This document shows, piece by piece, positions 29,811-43,074 of a stretch of 64,000 nucleotides of DNA. Position 1 is the first letter of the stretch. Each line of letters begins with the position of its first letter. The translations under genes and the position numbers were made by a program. A model generated the notes under the pieces. That model saw only the letters and a program-made list of their open reading frames with translations. It was not told where the DNA came from and did no database searches. Origin of the DNA: Syncephalis fuscata S228 (Eukaryota > Fungi > Zoopagomycota); NCBI GenBank assembly GCA_025786725.1, contig JAHLTZ010000015.1, forward strand, positions 62,001 to 126,000, given 5' to 3'.

Positions 29811-31834
29811 TAAATGCGTAAAATGGCCAATAATAGTGTTAGAAACAAACAAAACTATTATGATACAGCTGAGGGCGAATAAAAATGGGTGGCATAAAAT
29901 GTTCGACACTGATCAACATAATGTAATTTAATCTTTTTTGTTATGGATTGCTATAATTGTTGCTAAATATTTGACCCGATGCAATTGTGCACTTATCTCT
30001 ATGCTCCTTTGTTCTATTTTTTATTTGTACTGGTGTTTAAATGTAATCAAGTCTTTAAAATGCTTCTTTTCTAAATTGCGCACCATGTCTTTATTGGTAT
30101 AATGAAATATCTTGAGCATATATCATAATTTTATAAACATTATATATTAGTATAATGTCCCTTTTTAGGTGTGGATCAGTATATAATGCAACTACTGTGA
30201 CGTCCATTAAAATTAATCCAAAAAATTACTATTCCAGTAATGGGTACAATAGTTAACAATCCAAACGCTACAACTGAATAACAAACGACTGTTGCTAGGC
30301 TAGCTTGTACATTTATTATCCATTAGAAACATATTATAATATTAAATAAATAATTGCTACTTGGTTATTGTATAATCCATGTTTGTTATGTAGCACATTT
30401 GCTAAATACTTATTATTTCAGTCTATGGTAAATCGTTTAAATCAAAATATTTGGATGCCGATACTGATAAGACGCACAATGACAGCCTATTTACCGAAAA
30501 TCGATGGTCATTGGTTAGCCCCATTATCAGTCTGCATCAAATCAGCTGCAATAAAAACAGTCATGCATAACAAACACAAATAGGTATCAAGATTTTGTAC
30601 TAGTTATTGAGTTACATTCAATTTTTTAGAGTTTAACTATATTATCAAAAACTATTTAATTTTTATCTTATATAATCTGTACAAAATTAAATACAATTAG
30701 AGACAAATTGATTTGCAATAAGTCTGTTTATATTAAAGTACATTGCATAGCATAAAAGGTTATTATAAATAATAGATACTGTAGACAAATTACTTACAAA
30801 GTTATAACCATCTTATCAACAAGCCAGAATGTATTATTTACTTTTATAACTTGCTATAAATCTTGTAGACAGTTTCAATAGGTATGTATACCATACTTAA
30901 ACCATTTTAGTATAATGCGCAAACTAGATTTTAAAGTGTGCATTTGATCAATCTATACAATCAACCTTTGCGGTGCAGATTTTCTAGTCATTCATCACTG
31001 TTATGATGTACAAATAGTCAAAGCATTATTCAATACTGCTTATAGTCTATCATTATCAGTATACACATTGTTTTCATTAATAAAACAGCCACGATCTAAT
31101 ATGCTTTATCAAAACGCCCCCTGTTACAGTTGCAATCATATAGAAACCGAACGTCATATATTAGCAATATCGGAGTTAAAATACGTAGAACTAAACAGGA
31201 AGCGGAGCTGCATCGGGGATAATACAAGCTCAATAAATATCCGTATTTTATCTTCAGTCAAGTAACGATTAATATAAGCATGGCAATCATTATGGCCATC
31301 AATAGTGCACTGACCTTGTGCAGCGGCCAACATATGGTAACAAAAAGAATAACAACACAATTATTTCTCTACACCACACACACACATATATACAATACGC
31401 ACAACTCAGATACAATGTGTCTACTTATCATTACACGTGCTAATGGTATTTTAGTAAAATAACATGTGCTCTAGATACAACTTGATACGTCTATACTCTC
31501 ATACACTACGGGTCTTGGTTGTACAATCATGGCATACTACTCAACACTCACGCATCCACACAAATAGATTGGACCAACCATACTGCCCCACCTCAACGCT
31601 TTATACTTACTCAATTGTTTCCTTTATTCAGCAATTTTGTGTTTTCACTACGGCGAAATAGCCAAGATTTATTGCGTTATCTCTCTCTTTGTCTCGTTTA
31701 TTTGTCTCGGTCTCATATATCGTTATCAATTTATTGCTTACCTACTGTTGTGTCAGTGGTCATTGTTGTAAGTGTTTCTAAAGTCATCTCTCTACGATAG
31801 CTTAGCGATAAGCCAACAATATCAACAACACTAC

Positions 31835-31869
31835 GACGACGACGACGACGACGACGACAACAACAACAA
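31835..31869. repeat. (GAC)8 followed by (AAC)n microsatellite
   Basis: Read directly in the region upstream of the coiled-coil gene. Confidence 0.8.
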
Positions 31870-32292
31870 CACCTTTATAACAACAATAACAACAACGATA
31901 TTGTTCCTTGATTCTCCTGGAGTTGACTCTTCTCGTCATACTCGTTCATCTTTGCATTCGTGTATTAGTAGCAATAGTGCTTTCGATTGGAAGGCCAGCA
32001 TCGTTTTTCTTTTTATACTTGCTTTGAAAGACAAATATCAAGCAAATATACCTTACTAATCTACATTGGTTAGGCTATTGTGACTAATTACTAGTCATTT
32101 TATTAGTTTGTTTCAACATTTACTGTCTGCCTACGTATATCGGTTATCCAAGACAGTATATCGTCTCCACGCTGTGAACTATTAGGCCTTATTATATTAT
32201 TATTCCTATTTTATATACCCCATTAGCTTCCTATGCAAATCTATTTTTGATCTGCTTGTCACTCTGACGACTTTATTTCCACTTTATTGGTT

Positions 32293-35200
32293 ATGTCTAC
32301 TGGAAACTACTCAGCTACCGCGGGTGGTACTTCACCTCGCCTTTTAGATAACCGTTTGAAATATCGTTTAGGCGGCAACAACAACAACGGTAGCAACAAC
32401 GGTAACAACGGCAACGCTGTTAGTGGCCATCGATCTCGTATGTCATCTGGTGGCATTACCGAAGATGATATATACGGCAATAGACCGTCAGCCTCGTCAC
32501 GTATCCCATTGGGTGGTCGAGGCCGTAATAGCTTTGATCAAGAGACGGCCAATTCAAACATTGGTGGATCCTCAATAACTGTATCAACGTCATCGATTGG
32601 ACCAAGAAAGTCGATACGAAACCGCAATAATACAGATGCCAAGGGTCCTCCTTCTCCTTTAGCAATGGGTATGCCGGCCAGATCCCGTACATCTTTACCA
32701 GTTCAAGCTTCAAGAATATCTCCTCCTTCTTCACAACGACAAAAACAGCAACAATCATTCTTCACTTCAAGTGTAGCGGTTGATCGACACGATCGTCCTA
32801 GCCATACGCGTGGCAGTAGCGATATTGGCATATATGCATTCTCCGACACTAATCTGGCAGCTAATTATCGTGATAACCAATCCAACGTTTACACTTCGTT
32901 GGAAGACGATCTAGATATGTTAAAGGAGCTTGATGCTATTCAACAAGAAGCTGATCTACAATTGGATATTCAGTCACAGTTATTAGCACGACATCGTACA
33001 CCAGAGATGGGTGCCACTAAAAAGACATCAAACACAAGTGGCCATACTAACAACAACATGAATTACGGCTATCGACAGACTGAATCGCCAATACCAGATG
33101 CCGGTGAAGCTAGCGACACCACCAATGACGATGGATTTGGCTTCCTTGATCGCCGTATAACTGGCATTTCTGGACTTAGAAATCAGCATTCAATAGGCAG
33201 TGGTGGTGGCGGCGACGAATTTCTATTCGATCTACATGCAGAACAGCCGCCTTGGATGGCCGACAATATCGATGAGCCACCATCGCCTACATTCAGTCCA
33301 GCCAATCCAAGCGGTAAATCGAGTACCAAAAAGAAAAGCACTGATAAAACTCGTCGTAAAAAGCTTTCTGTATCGACCAACTGCACAAATGAAGGTGAAA
33401 CCAAAGAGCGATCGATTAAATCGCCAAAGTCGTCAGCAAGATCAAAACAAAAACAAGGCCGTAGTGAATTACGATCACCACGTTCAGCGGCTATTAGAGA
33501 TAGGCCACCAACACCGGCACCAGCTGACATGAACGATGGCATATCACCCAACGATGATACAAATGATATTCAAGACATTGCTATGTTGCCACCATCAGCT
33601 GTAAGCAATATGGATACAGCTGCTAATACTTATACACAACACTCTACTATGAATATACAAACATCAATGAATATATCGACAAATGACAATTCAACTAATG
33701 ATCAAACTGGACATAATAAATCAGATAGTCGTCCATTCTCGCCATTACCTCCAGATTCATCACTCGCCACTCCACCAGCTGAATTACGGCAACAATTACG
33801 TGATAGATTAAAAGAACAGAATTTGCGTAAACAATCATCATCTACATCATCGACAGTTGATCAATCGGTATTAATTACACCACCTATGGCAAATGCGTCA
33901 GATCCGATAAATATGATTAGTACTCAGTTGAATGATATGTCAATTGGCTCATTCACTACAAGATCAGCACCTTCAAGACATCGCTCATCAGCATCGCACG
34001 ACACATTTATGACTATGCAAACAGATACGGCGTCACTAGGTGTATCTACTCACTCGAACGAGGAAGGCGAACATCATAGAGCACCCTCCATTGCTTCTAG
34101 CCAGCACTCTGATTCGGCTATCCAAAATGGTGATACTAAACATAAGCGAAGTGCAGCATCAGCCGCCAAAGCAGCTGTTCGTCGTATCTCTCAGATGGCC
34201 TCGCCATTCCGTTCTTCTAAATCATCATCCACCGGGTCAGAAGATAAAAAGAAGGGCGGCAAGAAAAGCCGATCTAACGGTGACTCGCAACGAAGCGGCG
34301 CCACTAGTCCAACCATAAGTCAAATCCCCGTGCCTATTTCTTCTTCTTCGCCACGGGGTCCGTTTGCTACACCAGCTACCACACCGCAAATACCCACATC
34401 CGATATTTCACGTTCAGTATCGGTGCCAATTGATGGTATAATGTCCACTTCGCCAACTATTCCGGGCAGTAAACCAGTTCATATGTACGAGGCAGAAATT
34501 GCTAAATTGAATGCCGAATTGGCTGGTCGCAGTGCTGTCATTGATGACATGCGTTTACAGCTAAATCGTACATTTGATGATGTTAGAGCCAGTAGAGATA
34601 AGGCTTATGATGCTGAACGACAAGTGGCCCAATTAACAGATGCCAATGCCACTATAATTAAAGAAAAAGAAGAATTAGCAACTAAATTACAAAAGGTTGA
34701 AGATATTGAATCTAGCTTGACCAGTCAAGTAAGTAGTTGTGCACGTATAATAATAACAACAATGCGTATTAACTCATTATAACTATTAGTTATCCACTGT
34801 TAAAGCAGAGCTATCGAAACATACTAGCACGGAAGAAGAACGTGCGCGCTCAACCAGTGGATTAAGAGAGGAGAATCTGAGTAAGTATCTATATATTTAT
34901 TTATTGTAGAGTAATAGCTAACAAGTGATTATTAGCTTTAAATGAAAAGAACAATCGATTAAAAGAAACCATTGAGCTATTGAAAGCAGAAGTACAAGAA
35001 GCAAAGACCGGCGAACGACAACGGGCTGAGGCCAATAGTGGTGAAATTAGTATACTTATGGAGAAGATTACACAAATGCAAGCAACCAATAGGTAAGTAT
35101 ACAGTAATATATAGTAATATACAAATATTTATTAATTATTATAATTAGCAACTTAATGGTAGAGAATGATAAAATGCGCGTTGAAGCCGAGGTATGTAAT

Positions 35201-36762
35201 AATGTGTAAATACCAAATGATAATAATAATTAACACTATTTGAAATAGCGGTTCCGTATTGAATTAGAAGAGTCAGATGATAAAAAAGAATTGGCCAGAT
35301 TGACTGAAGAGTGTACCACACTAAAACGCGATCAAGAAGATTTAAAACAACAATTAGCGGGTGAAAAGGTATTTTATTACAATTACGCAATAATCCATTT
35401 AACATCTATTGTAGATTGAAAAGGAACGATCACTTGAAGAAGTAGATGTTCTTACTTGCAATTTGAAGCGTATGAGGGCTGCACTAGAGTAAGTTATCGA
35501 GTATATTGGCTATAATCGATTAATAATCGATTAATTAATATTTGATTGTAGAGGTGTTACCGAAGAGAACGATTCATTGCATCGTGAAGTCGATGTAAGT
35601 ATAATTAGATGATATGTAACATAATAACTTACATTCATTGTATAGACACTACGCGTTGAATTGGACCAAGCAATGGAAAATGCGGCAAAGATCAAGTAAG
35701 TAGACAATACAAGTACAATGATTGATGGATTTCTAATTTCTATGTTTAGTGAATTGACCTTTTACAAGGACCAATTTGCCAAATTGGCTGCCGAGAATAA
35801 TGAATTGAAGGTAGATTGTAATTAGTTAATATAAATCAATTGACTAATAATGAAATACAGCGGTCATTGGACAAGACGACAGCTCAATTAGAAGCAGCGC
35901 GTGATGCTGCAGTTGCTGCAGCTGCGACCTCTGCTACATCTGGCGCTGGCGTACAAGATAACTACCGAGGTCGTGCTATGACTTATGAAGAGCGCGGTGG
36001 TGCAGTAATGGTGGTGGTAGCGGTCATGTACGCTCTAGTTCTCGATCATCGCGCAAGTAAGTAGATCTTAGTTTTAATTATTATTATTATCAATTAATCT
36101 AACCATTACACTGTCATATTTATAGCTGGTCAATGGATATTCCAACAAATCCATCAATGGCCGGATTACGTGCAGATGCATTAGATGCCATGTCTACATC
36201 ACCTGTACGTGATCGCTTTATGTTTACCGGCACGCCAGATGCCGATGCTATGTCTAGTTATAGTGGTGGTTCTAGTCAAGAATTCCGCTCGACCACCACG
36301 ATTGAAGACCGGCCTATGGGCGGTGGTATTGGCAGTGGTAGTGGTAATAATAGACATAGCACACTTAGTGACAGCCATAGTATTGGTGGCACTATGATTA
36401 CCGTACTGAAGCTAGTCCGGATACATCGGCCACTTCAGTGGGATCCACGCGTAACTCGCCACTCCTTAATCAACGTCGCTTCTCTGGCAGTTTCCGTGAC
36501 ACCGATCGTTCAAGCGATGAATGGAACGATGAACTACATCGATTACTAGCCGAACGAGAGAAAGTAAGTATATTGTATATAATTGCTGATACAACTAATG
36601 AATCGATTTAAATAGCTTCAATCTGATTATGCTCGCATTCCATTAGCGGGAGGCGGTGCAGCTATGCGTCGTCGTAAAGATAATCTAGAAGCAAAGATGG
36701 ACGAAGTCGATAAGGAACTCAGTAGTGTCAAGGCTCAAATTAAAAGTCTTAATCCTTATTAA
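32293..36762 (+). CDS. Large disordered Ser-rich + coiled-coil protein with an MPHOSPH9/Enkurin-like C-terminal helical hairpin
   Basis: First exon of about 810 codons, then many short coiled-coil exons. The last exons give LLAEREKLQSDYARIPLAGGGAAMRRRKDNLEAKMDEVDKELSSVKAQIKSL. Apparent frameshifts near 36002 and 36390. Confidence 0.75.
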
Positions 36763-37003
36763 TATGGACCGCTAGTCATATTACAATGGCTTAGCTTTTA
36801 TTAGCTATTCATTCTCGCCAATGCTCTTTTTTCTCCCCCTCCTTCCCTTTCTTTCCCCTCTTTCCTGATTATAAGCGAACATTTGTTAATTAATAAAATT
36901 GAATAATCATCCAGATTATATAAATAAATAATTTCGTAAATTAAATGAATGTTATATTTTAATCATTTGTATAATAATAATAATAATAATAATGCTAGTA
37001 TTA

Positions 37004-38388
37004 CTATTCCTCCATAACAGTGCGTCGACGTTTTGGCATAGCCTTTCGTTCTTTAGTAGCATTGCGTTTGCGTCTCTTTTCCAAAATACGATCCAATTTA
37101 GCCGTACCGCCATTGGCACCCGTTAATTTTTCGTATTTATCAACCAATTCCATTCGTTTAAATTCAGCTAAATAACAACAATTATTATAGGCAAAACCTA
37201 TCACTATTGCAATTGACTTACATCGCTTAAGAAGTATGGTTTTTTGCCTTGTTTCACCTTTTCTGCTTCCTCCTTTCTTATTCTACTTTTCAACTCTTGT
37301 CGACGTTTTGTATCCAATCGAGATGCTTCTTTAGATTCCTAATAATTAAAATAAATAGTTGGATTGGTTCATATCATCGTTATAATAGATAGGGTGGTTA
37401 GCCACGTATTATACAATGAACAAGCTTATTACCAAGCGTTTAATTGTCTGTTGGAGTGATTCCGCTTGTTCTGGTCGTTTTGTCTTTCTAAGCTCTTGTT
37501 TCATTTGTTGTAGTTCTGATTGACGATACTCGTCAATAAATCCATATGCTTTTTGAAATAAATCTTCATTGAAATGGCCTGACAATCGATCAAATCGCGG
37601 ATCTCTTGATTTCTATTAAATAGTCATGGTTATTATTACAATACTTGGTAATACTAGTATTTAAAGCTACCTTTTTGTCGCTTTCTACTACTTGACGAAA
37701 TCGACCCACAGGCTTTTTAGACGTTACTTCTATAGGACTAAATGTAATAGATGGATCAATATATAAAGTGATGCTATCAACCAATAACTACTTACCGATG
37801 TTTACCAGTTGGCTTAGCAGGTATTTTAATCTCTCGCGAGTGTTCCTTTTCCAATCGATTATGTTTATAGTTTGACATGTCATCGCTATCTTCTTCACTA
37901 TCCTCCTCACTATCACTTTGTTTATTTGATTTCAACTTTGACTTTGCTTTAGATTGGGCGCCAAATTGTTCATTATAAGCCTTAATGCCCATTTTCTTTT
38001 GAATGGCCACTAACTGGCCAAATGGTACATTGGCCAATGCTATAACTAATAAATAACAACAACAGTGACCTGTTTATTTACTTACCATTACGTATACGTT
38101 CCTAATACAATATTAACTACTTTAACTAACAAATACTACTATCTATTTACCTCTTCTGCAACCAATTCATTAGACTCATCGTCTGACTCGCTTGATTCTT
38201 CTTCTTCGGCTGTTTGTTCCTCTTCCTCTTCTTCCTCTTCCTCTGACTGACTCTTAATAAAATGTTGTACAATCCAAAGAATAGCCACTTACAGTTACAT
38301 CAGATTCCACCTCTTCCTCTTCATAAAGTCGTTTCGGTGGACCAGCAGTGGATGGCGCAGTTGCGCGACGTCTGTGTAGATGAGACAT
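37004..38388 (-). CDS. RRP36: rRNA biogenesis protein Rrp36
   Basis: LANVPFGQL, KHR/PIEVTSKKPVGRFR, DPRFDRLSGHFNEDLFQKAYGFI and LEKRRKRNATKERKAMP. Confidence 0.92.
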
Positions 38389-38473
38389 TGTGGAGTGGAA
38401 AAAGTAGCACTGTTGTTTTTTTTCTTTTTTATGGTTATTTGTTTGTCGATTCTTTTACAACAACACGCTCACC
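38389..38473. promoter_or_regulatory. Very short divergent (bidirectional) promoter region between RRP36 and the F-box-EF gene
   Basis: The inferred ATGs at 38388 (-) and 38474 (+) are 85 nt apart, with a poly(dT) tract between them. Confidence 0.55.
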
Positions 38474-39650
38474 ATGGCCAGTATGGACATTGATACACCG
38501 GCACATAGTGCATTCGTACAACTACCAAAGAAAGTGCTACAACATATTACACAATATGTTAGTGCTCATGATGTATGTCAATTATCGCAAACTTGTCATT
38601 CGCTCTGCTGGTTGGCCAAGGATAATACGGTGTGGCATAGGTAGGCATGGATACTATTAGAGGCGATATACTAAGTTAACTATGGACGATAGGAAATATA
38701 CGGATATCTATGGAGATTTGTACGCACTGAGACGTTGTCTGAGTAAAGCAGGATTGGTACTTAGCAAGGAAGCGGAAATAGAGAGCGTAGCATGGTGGCA
38801 GCGATATTCAGAGCGCTATCAAGTGGCCCGTGATGTTGACCACGATGAGATGGCCGAAGAAGAACAAGCTCATAATGCAGTAGAGCGTGTAAGGGAAGAT
38901 TTACAACAATTTCAATCCAGTGCCGATATTAGTATATTACAACGATCAGCAGAGACATTAATAGAACTATTAGGTAAATATAAATAATTATCTACCGATT
39001 ATTATTGATTAGTTAAATTAATTAGAGCACTTTCCACAAAGCGGCGATTGTTATCATTTACTATCATTTATCTGTTTTATTCTTAATGCTTTTGACCCTG
39101 CACTTTGTGTATTATCGATGGGCAGAGCAATCATGGATGATGACTACCCGCCCATGGATGGTAAGTTGGCATATTAAATTAATCATGAGCGATTGTTTGA
39201 CTATCGTTGATTAGAATTGGAAGGAGAGATTACCCAATTGCTTGACAAGGCTGAAGGTAGCTATAATACTAGTTATGGCCTAGTGTAATATATTTAATTG
39301 TAATTGGAATTGTAGGTCAAGATGTACCTTTATTACAGGGTCAACAGCTATCACCGGAACTGATTCATGTATTAACATGTATCTTTGAAAAGTTTGACAA
39401 TGATGGCGATCAGCATTGGTCGGCACAAGAGCTAAATGTCTTTATTACTGCTAGCAATGGACAACCAGCGCCGACAACATTTATACGTCAATTCATTAGT
39501 AATTACGGTGAGAGTATGGGCCGCCTTACAATTGATGGATTTCTTTCTTTCTTTTTACAGCAAACACTGGATGACCCGGAAGAAACACGTCAAGATTTGG
39601 TAAAACATGGCTGGGATGGAAATACGTTGCAGCTCATATCGGATGAATAA
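38474..39650 (+). CDS. F-box protein with C-terminal EF-hand / Miro-like EF-associated domain, 5 exons
   Basis: Exon 1 (not in the ORF track): FVQLPKKVLQHITQYVSAHDVCQLSQTCHSLCWLAKDNTVWH. Last exon: LTCIFEKFDNDGDQHWSAQELNVF...GRLTIDGFLSFFLQQTLDDPEETRQDLVKHGW. Confidence 0.8.
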
Positions 39651-40764
39651 TATATAATAAATAATATAATAAATAATAAATATTCTATTATAAGATTGAT
39701 TAAAATATGTAATTGTTTACGATTAATAGCTGTCTTTTGTATAAGAGGCTAAATTTTGTTATAAATATTTAATGCTAGTTCACTAAGCTGTACGTTGATG
39801 TTCAAAACAATATCACAGGTCGAATATACTATAAGTGTGAGTTAATCGAACATCGATTATTATTTAACGATAAATGGTACAAGTACATTAGCTATTGGTT
39901 TAAAAGAATAACGAAGCAAGAAATAGCAATGGATTTGCTTTTACGTATTTTGTGCAAATAAAGAAATATCAATTGAGGAATTACCAGTTAAAGTACAGCT
40001 TTAAATGGATAACAATGTTGCCATTGTTTTTACAGAATTATTAATTTAACATCACGTGATTACATTGCATTATAATAGTGGATCATCAAATTGATTTTGA
40101 TATAGTTTTAATGATCAATATTAATGCATAATCCATTTGATTTTAGAACTTAACGACTGGGCAGCATCCTTCATTTACTACAAATAATATTCTTCAAGGG
40201 CTTAGTACAATTGCTTCCAAGTTTTAAAATGCTGTTTCTAAACCTAGCTTGCGCTCAAATGAGCCAATCCTTAATTTTTAAAATAATAATACTAAATATC
40301 TATTCTAGTAAGTTTGGGTCGTGATTATATTCACAACCCATATTTTTATTAAAGTGGTGTATAGCAAGTATGTGTATCAGAAACAAAAACAGTTCAGGTT
40401 GGTTGCAGAATTGGTGCTACCATGCTGTTAAACACTACTTTGTACGAGCTTGTGGATGATGCAATGGCATGAATACTATGGTATATTTCTACGCATACCA
40501 TATTTAGCATATTTAACAATAATCTATCTCGCCACTATTTTATACACAATATATCTATTTTCTATGATCAAACAATAAATTAACTGCTCATATATAGTCT
40601 TGATTATGATATTATCTACCAGCAAGAGTATCAAACATTAGTTTCCTGATATCGTGCAGGCCAATGTAAAAGGCCTGCTCAAAAACCGGTTTTTAGCTAC
40701 GTGCAGCTTTCCTTGAAAACACACGGTTTCTTGCAGTATAATGGTTAATTTAGCCCATTCGAAT

Positions 40765-42657
40765 ATGAATTAACGCTTTTCATTCTAGCTTTTAATATGT
40801 TTTTTTAAAATACCAACAGCTGATTTTACTTTTAGTTATTTGTATATTTGCACAGATCAATCATACTTGTGCAAAAATTACACTTTTTAATAACACCAGT
40901 GATCCAATAGTTCTTTCTTCAAACGACGTGTTTCTTCATCCAGAATCTTATTACCGCTATGAAGGCATCGCATTTGTATGGCATTTTGCTGATTATAAAA
41001 ATTCAAGCATAAAGTGCTCTTTTCCTCCAGTCAATGTATCAAATCCAACAATTCAAAATATAGCCAAAGATGCATATCAACATAAAGATTTTGCTGTAGT
41101 TATAGGTAGCCAATCTACAAATAATGCTAATTGCGACACTAAAGAACAAGTAAGTTTTTTACTATATTACTATGTGTATTAATTGTATTTTAGATTAGAC
41201 AAGCAATAGATAAATTGATTTGACAATTATCACACGCAGGATTTCCATCAGTCAAACTGCTCATTCTTGCCTCAAATGCACCACCAATATTTTCCGTAGA
41301 TTACGACCAAATTAAATATAAAGTTGACATACACTCGCTGCTTTTATAGTTTCAGATGCAAAAAATCTACCTGTAACAGCTTTATTGGCTCCATCAGTTT
41401 TTAATAAAAATTCTAACAATTATGCAAGTTTCCACTATATTGCTGAACAGGGTAGGTCATTTAAAACAGCTGTTATAGCAACACTAAGCTGTTAATAGAG
41501 CCCAGTCCATGGAATATCGCATTTTCATCAAATACATATATTGCCTACAAGTGGATATACTTTACCATAGTAAGTAGCAAAACTAAACACATATATAAAG
41601 ATCTTACTGTGTTGTTACAGGTATTAGCTACTTTGCTATATGTGTTTGCTCGTGTAATAATCCTGGCAAAACTAAAGCTGTTAAAACGAAACCTACTTTT
41701 GATCGCATTTGGCATTGGTTTTATATACAGTATTTGTAAGTAAATCCAATCTATACTAAAATATACAACTCATGATTATTTACTAGTTTTCCTCATACAT
41801 CTGGCTGCCCTGTATAAAACATACCAACCGCTATTTTTTTCAATTTTTATAATTCTTTATCGGAAATATCCTTTTATATAACAATTTGGCATTGGTATGT
41901 AATTACCAATCTTAATTATATAATTTTAATATCTGCTTTTTAGGTCAATTGTCGGCAAAAAGCTATTTACAAAGTTATCAATTATACTTGTTCGACTTAT
42001 TGTTATTATCAATGCTATAGTCAACATTATTGAAACTGATATTTTTTGAAATACATTGTTCAATATAAATACTACAATTTTCTAGCAGATAATGATAGCT
42101 ACTTATTGGATCATTTGTGGGATGCATTACCATGGATCACTATTGCAATTTTCTGTGGATCTGGTAAGTTTGTATATCAATTAAAACATTTAATTTAATT
42201 AATTGCACTCAATAGCATTATGGTTTGGATTTACCTCATACAGGCTTAAAAGACATCATGAAGGGCGTCGCAAGTTTATACAGGTAAAGCATTTAATACA
42301 TTTACTACAATGGATTCTAATTATATATCACATCAGCTGGCATGTATCACTTTACTAGCACTTTTCACATATGTATTATTCCCAATATGTTATATATTTT
42401 CTCCCGTGACTGAAGCAGCACCAAAACCTGATGAAGTATTTAAAACGGAATTCATGTTTGATACAGTATATATGATTCGTGCACTCATATTTTCAACAAT
42501 TCTCGGTTTACAGTGGCCATATTCATCAAAGCTAACTGAGCCAGAAATACGAGAGCCACTTGGTGGAATGACAACCATTGGATATGAATCAAAAGTAGAG
42601 GAAGTGCCGATACAATGGCGGCTGACCCGAAAAATTACAAGAATGATTAAACGTTAG
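40765..42657 (+). pseudogene. Receptor-like gene (extracellular PA-like domain + about 6-7 TM helices) disrupted by stops and frameshifts
   Basis: Clear GT-AG exon series with a Cys-containing N-terminal domain, linker EPSPWNIAFSSNTYIAYKWIYF and successive hydrophobic exons. In-frame TGA at 41221, stops near the 5' end and several frameshifts. Confidence 0.55.
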
Positions 42658-43074
42658 AATATTAGCGCGAATAATTAATTAAACTATATTTTGAATGCAA
42701 TAATAAATAGAAATAATTATTGCTGTATTTCATAATTAATTCTGTATTTTACATTTGATTATTTATTTATAAATTAATGTTTGTCGATAATAGCTGCAGT
42801 TATGAAAAATTAAATTATATAAACGCTTAGCTTAATAATTTTACTTATAACTAAAATTGAAATTAGTCAGTTTATTGATAGTGAAAATAGTCTAGCTGTT
42901 ATTAATTATGAATCTACAACTAAAATCGAATACAAAATTAAACAGATAAGCTATTACCAAATTAATTAAATGCTGCATCCAAGTATAACGTGTGGCTCAA
43001 AACGATTTAATTCAATCATTGCATCTTTACTCAGTATTTTAATCTTGTTTTTAACATTTCTGTACTTTTCATCT

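Noticed and set aside
29900-31460. Short ORFs of 60-71 aa in the AT-rich spacer
   Set aside because: No motifs, coherent splice pattern or coding-like composition.
41865-41873. Second ATATCCTTT, resembling a U12 5' splice site
   Set aside because: It lies inside a coding exon with a normal GTATGT donor about 30 nt downstream, and I see no CCTTRAC branch site with an AC end.
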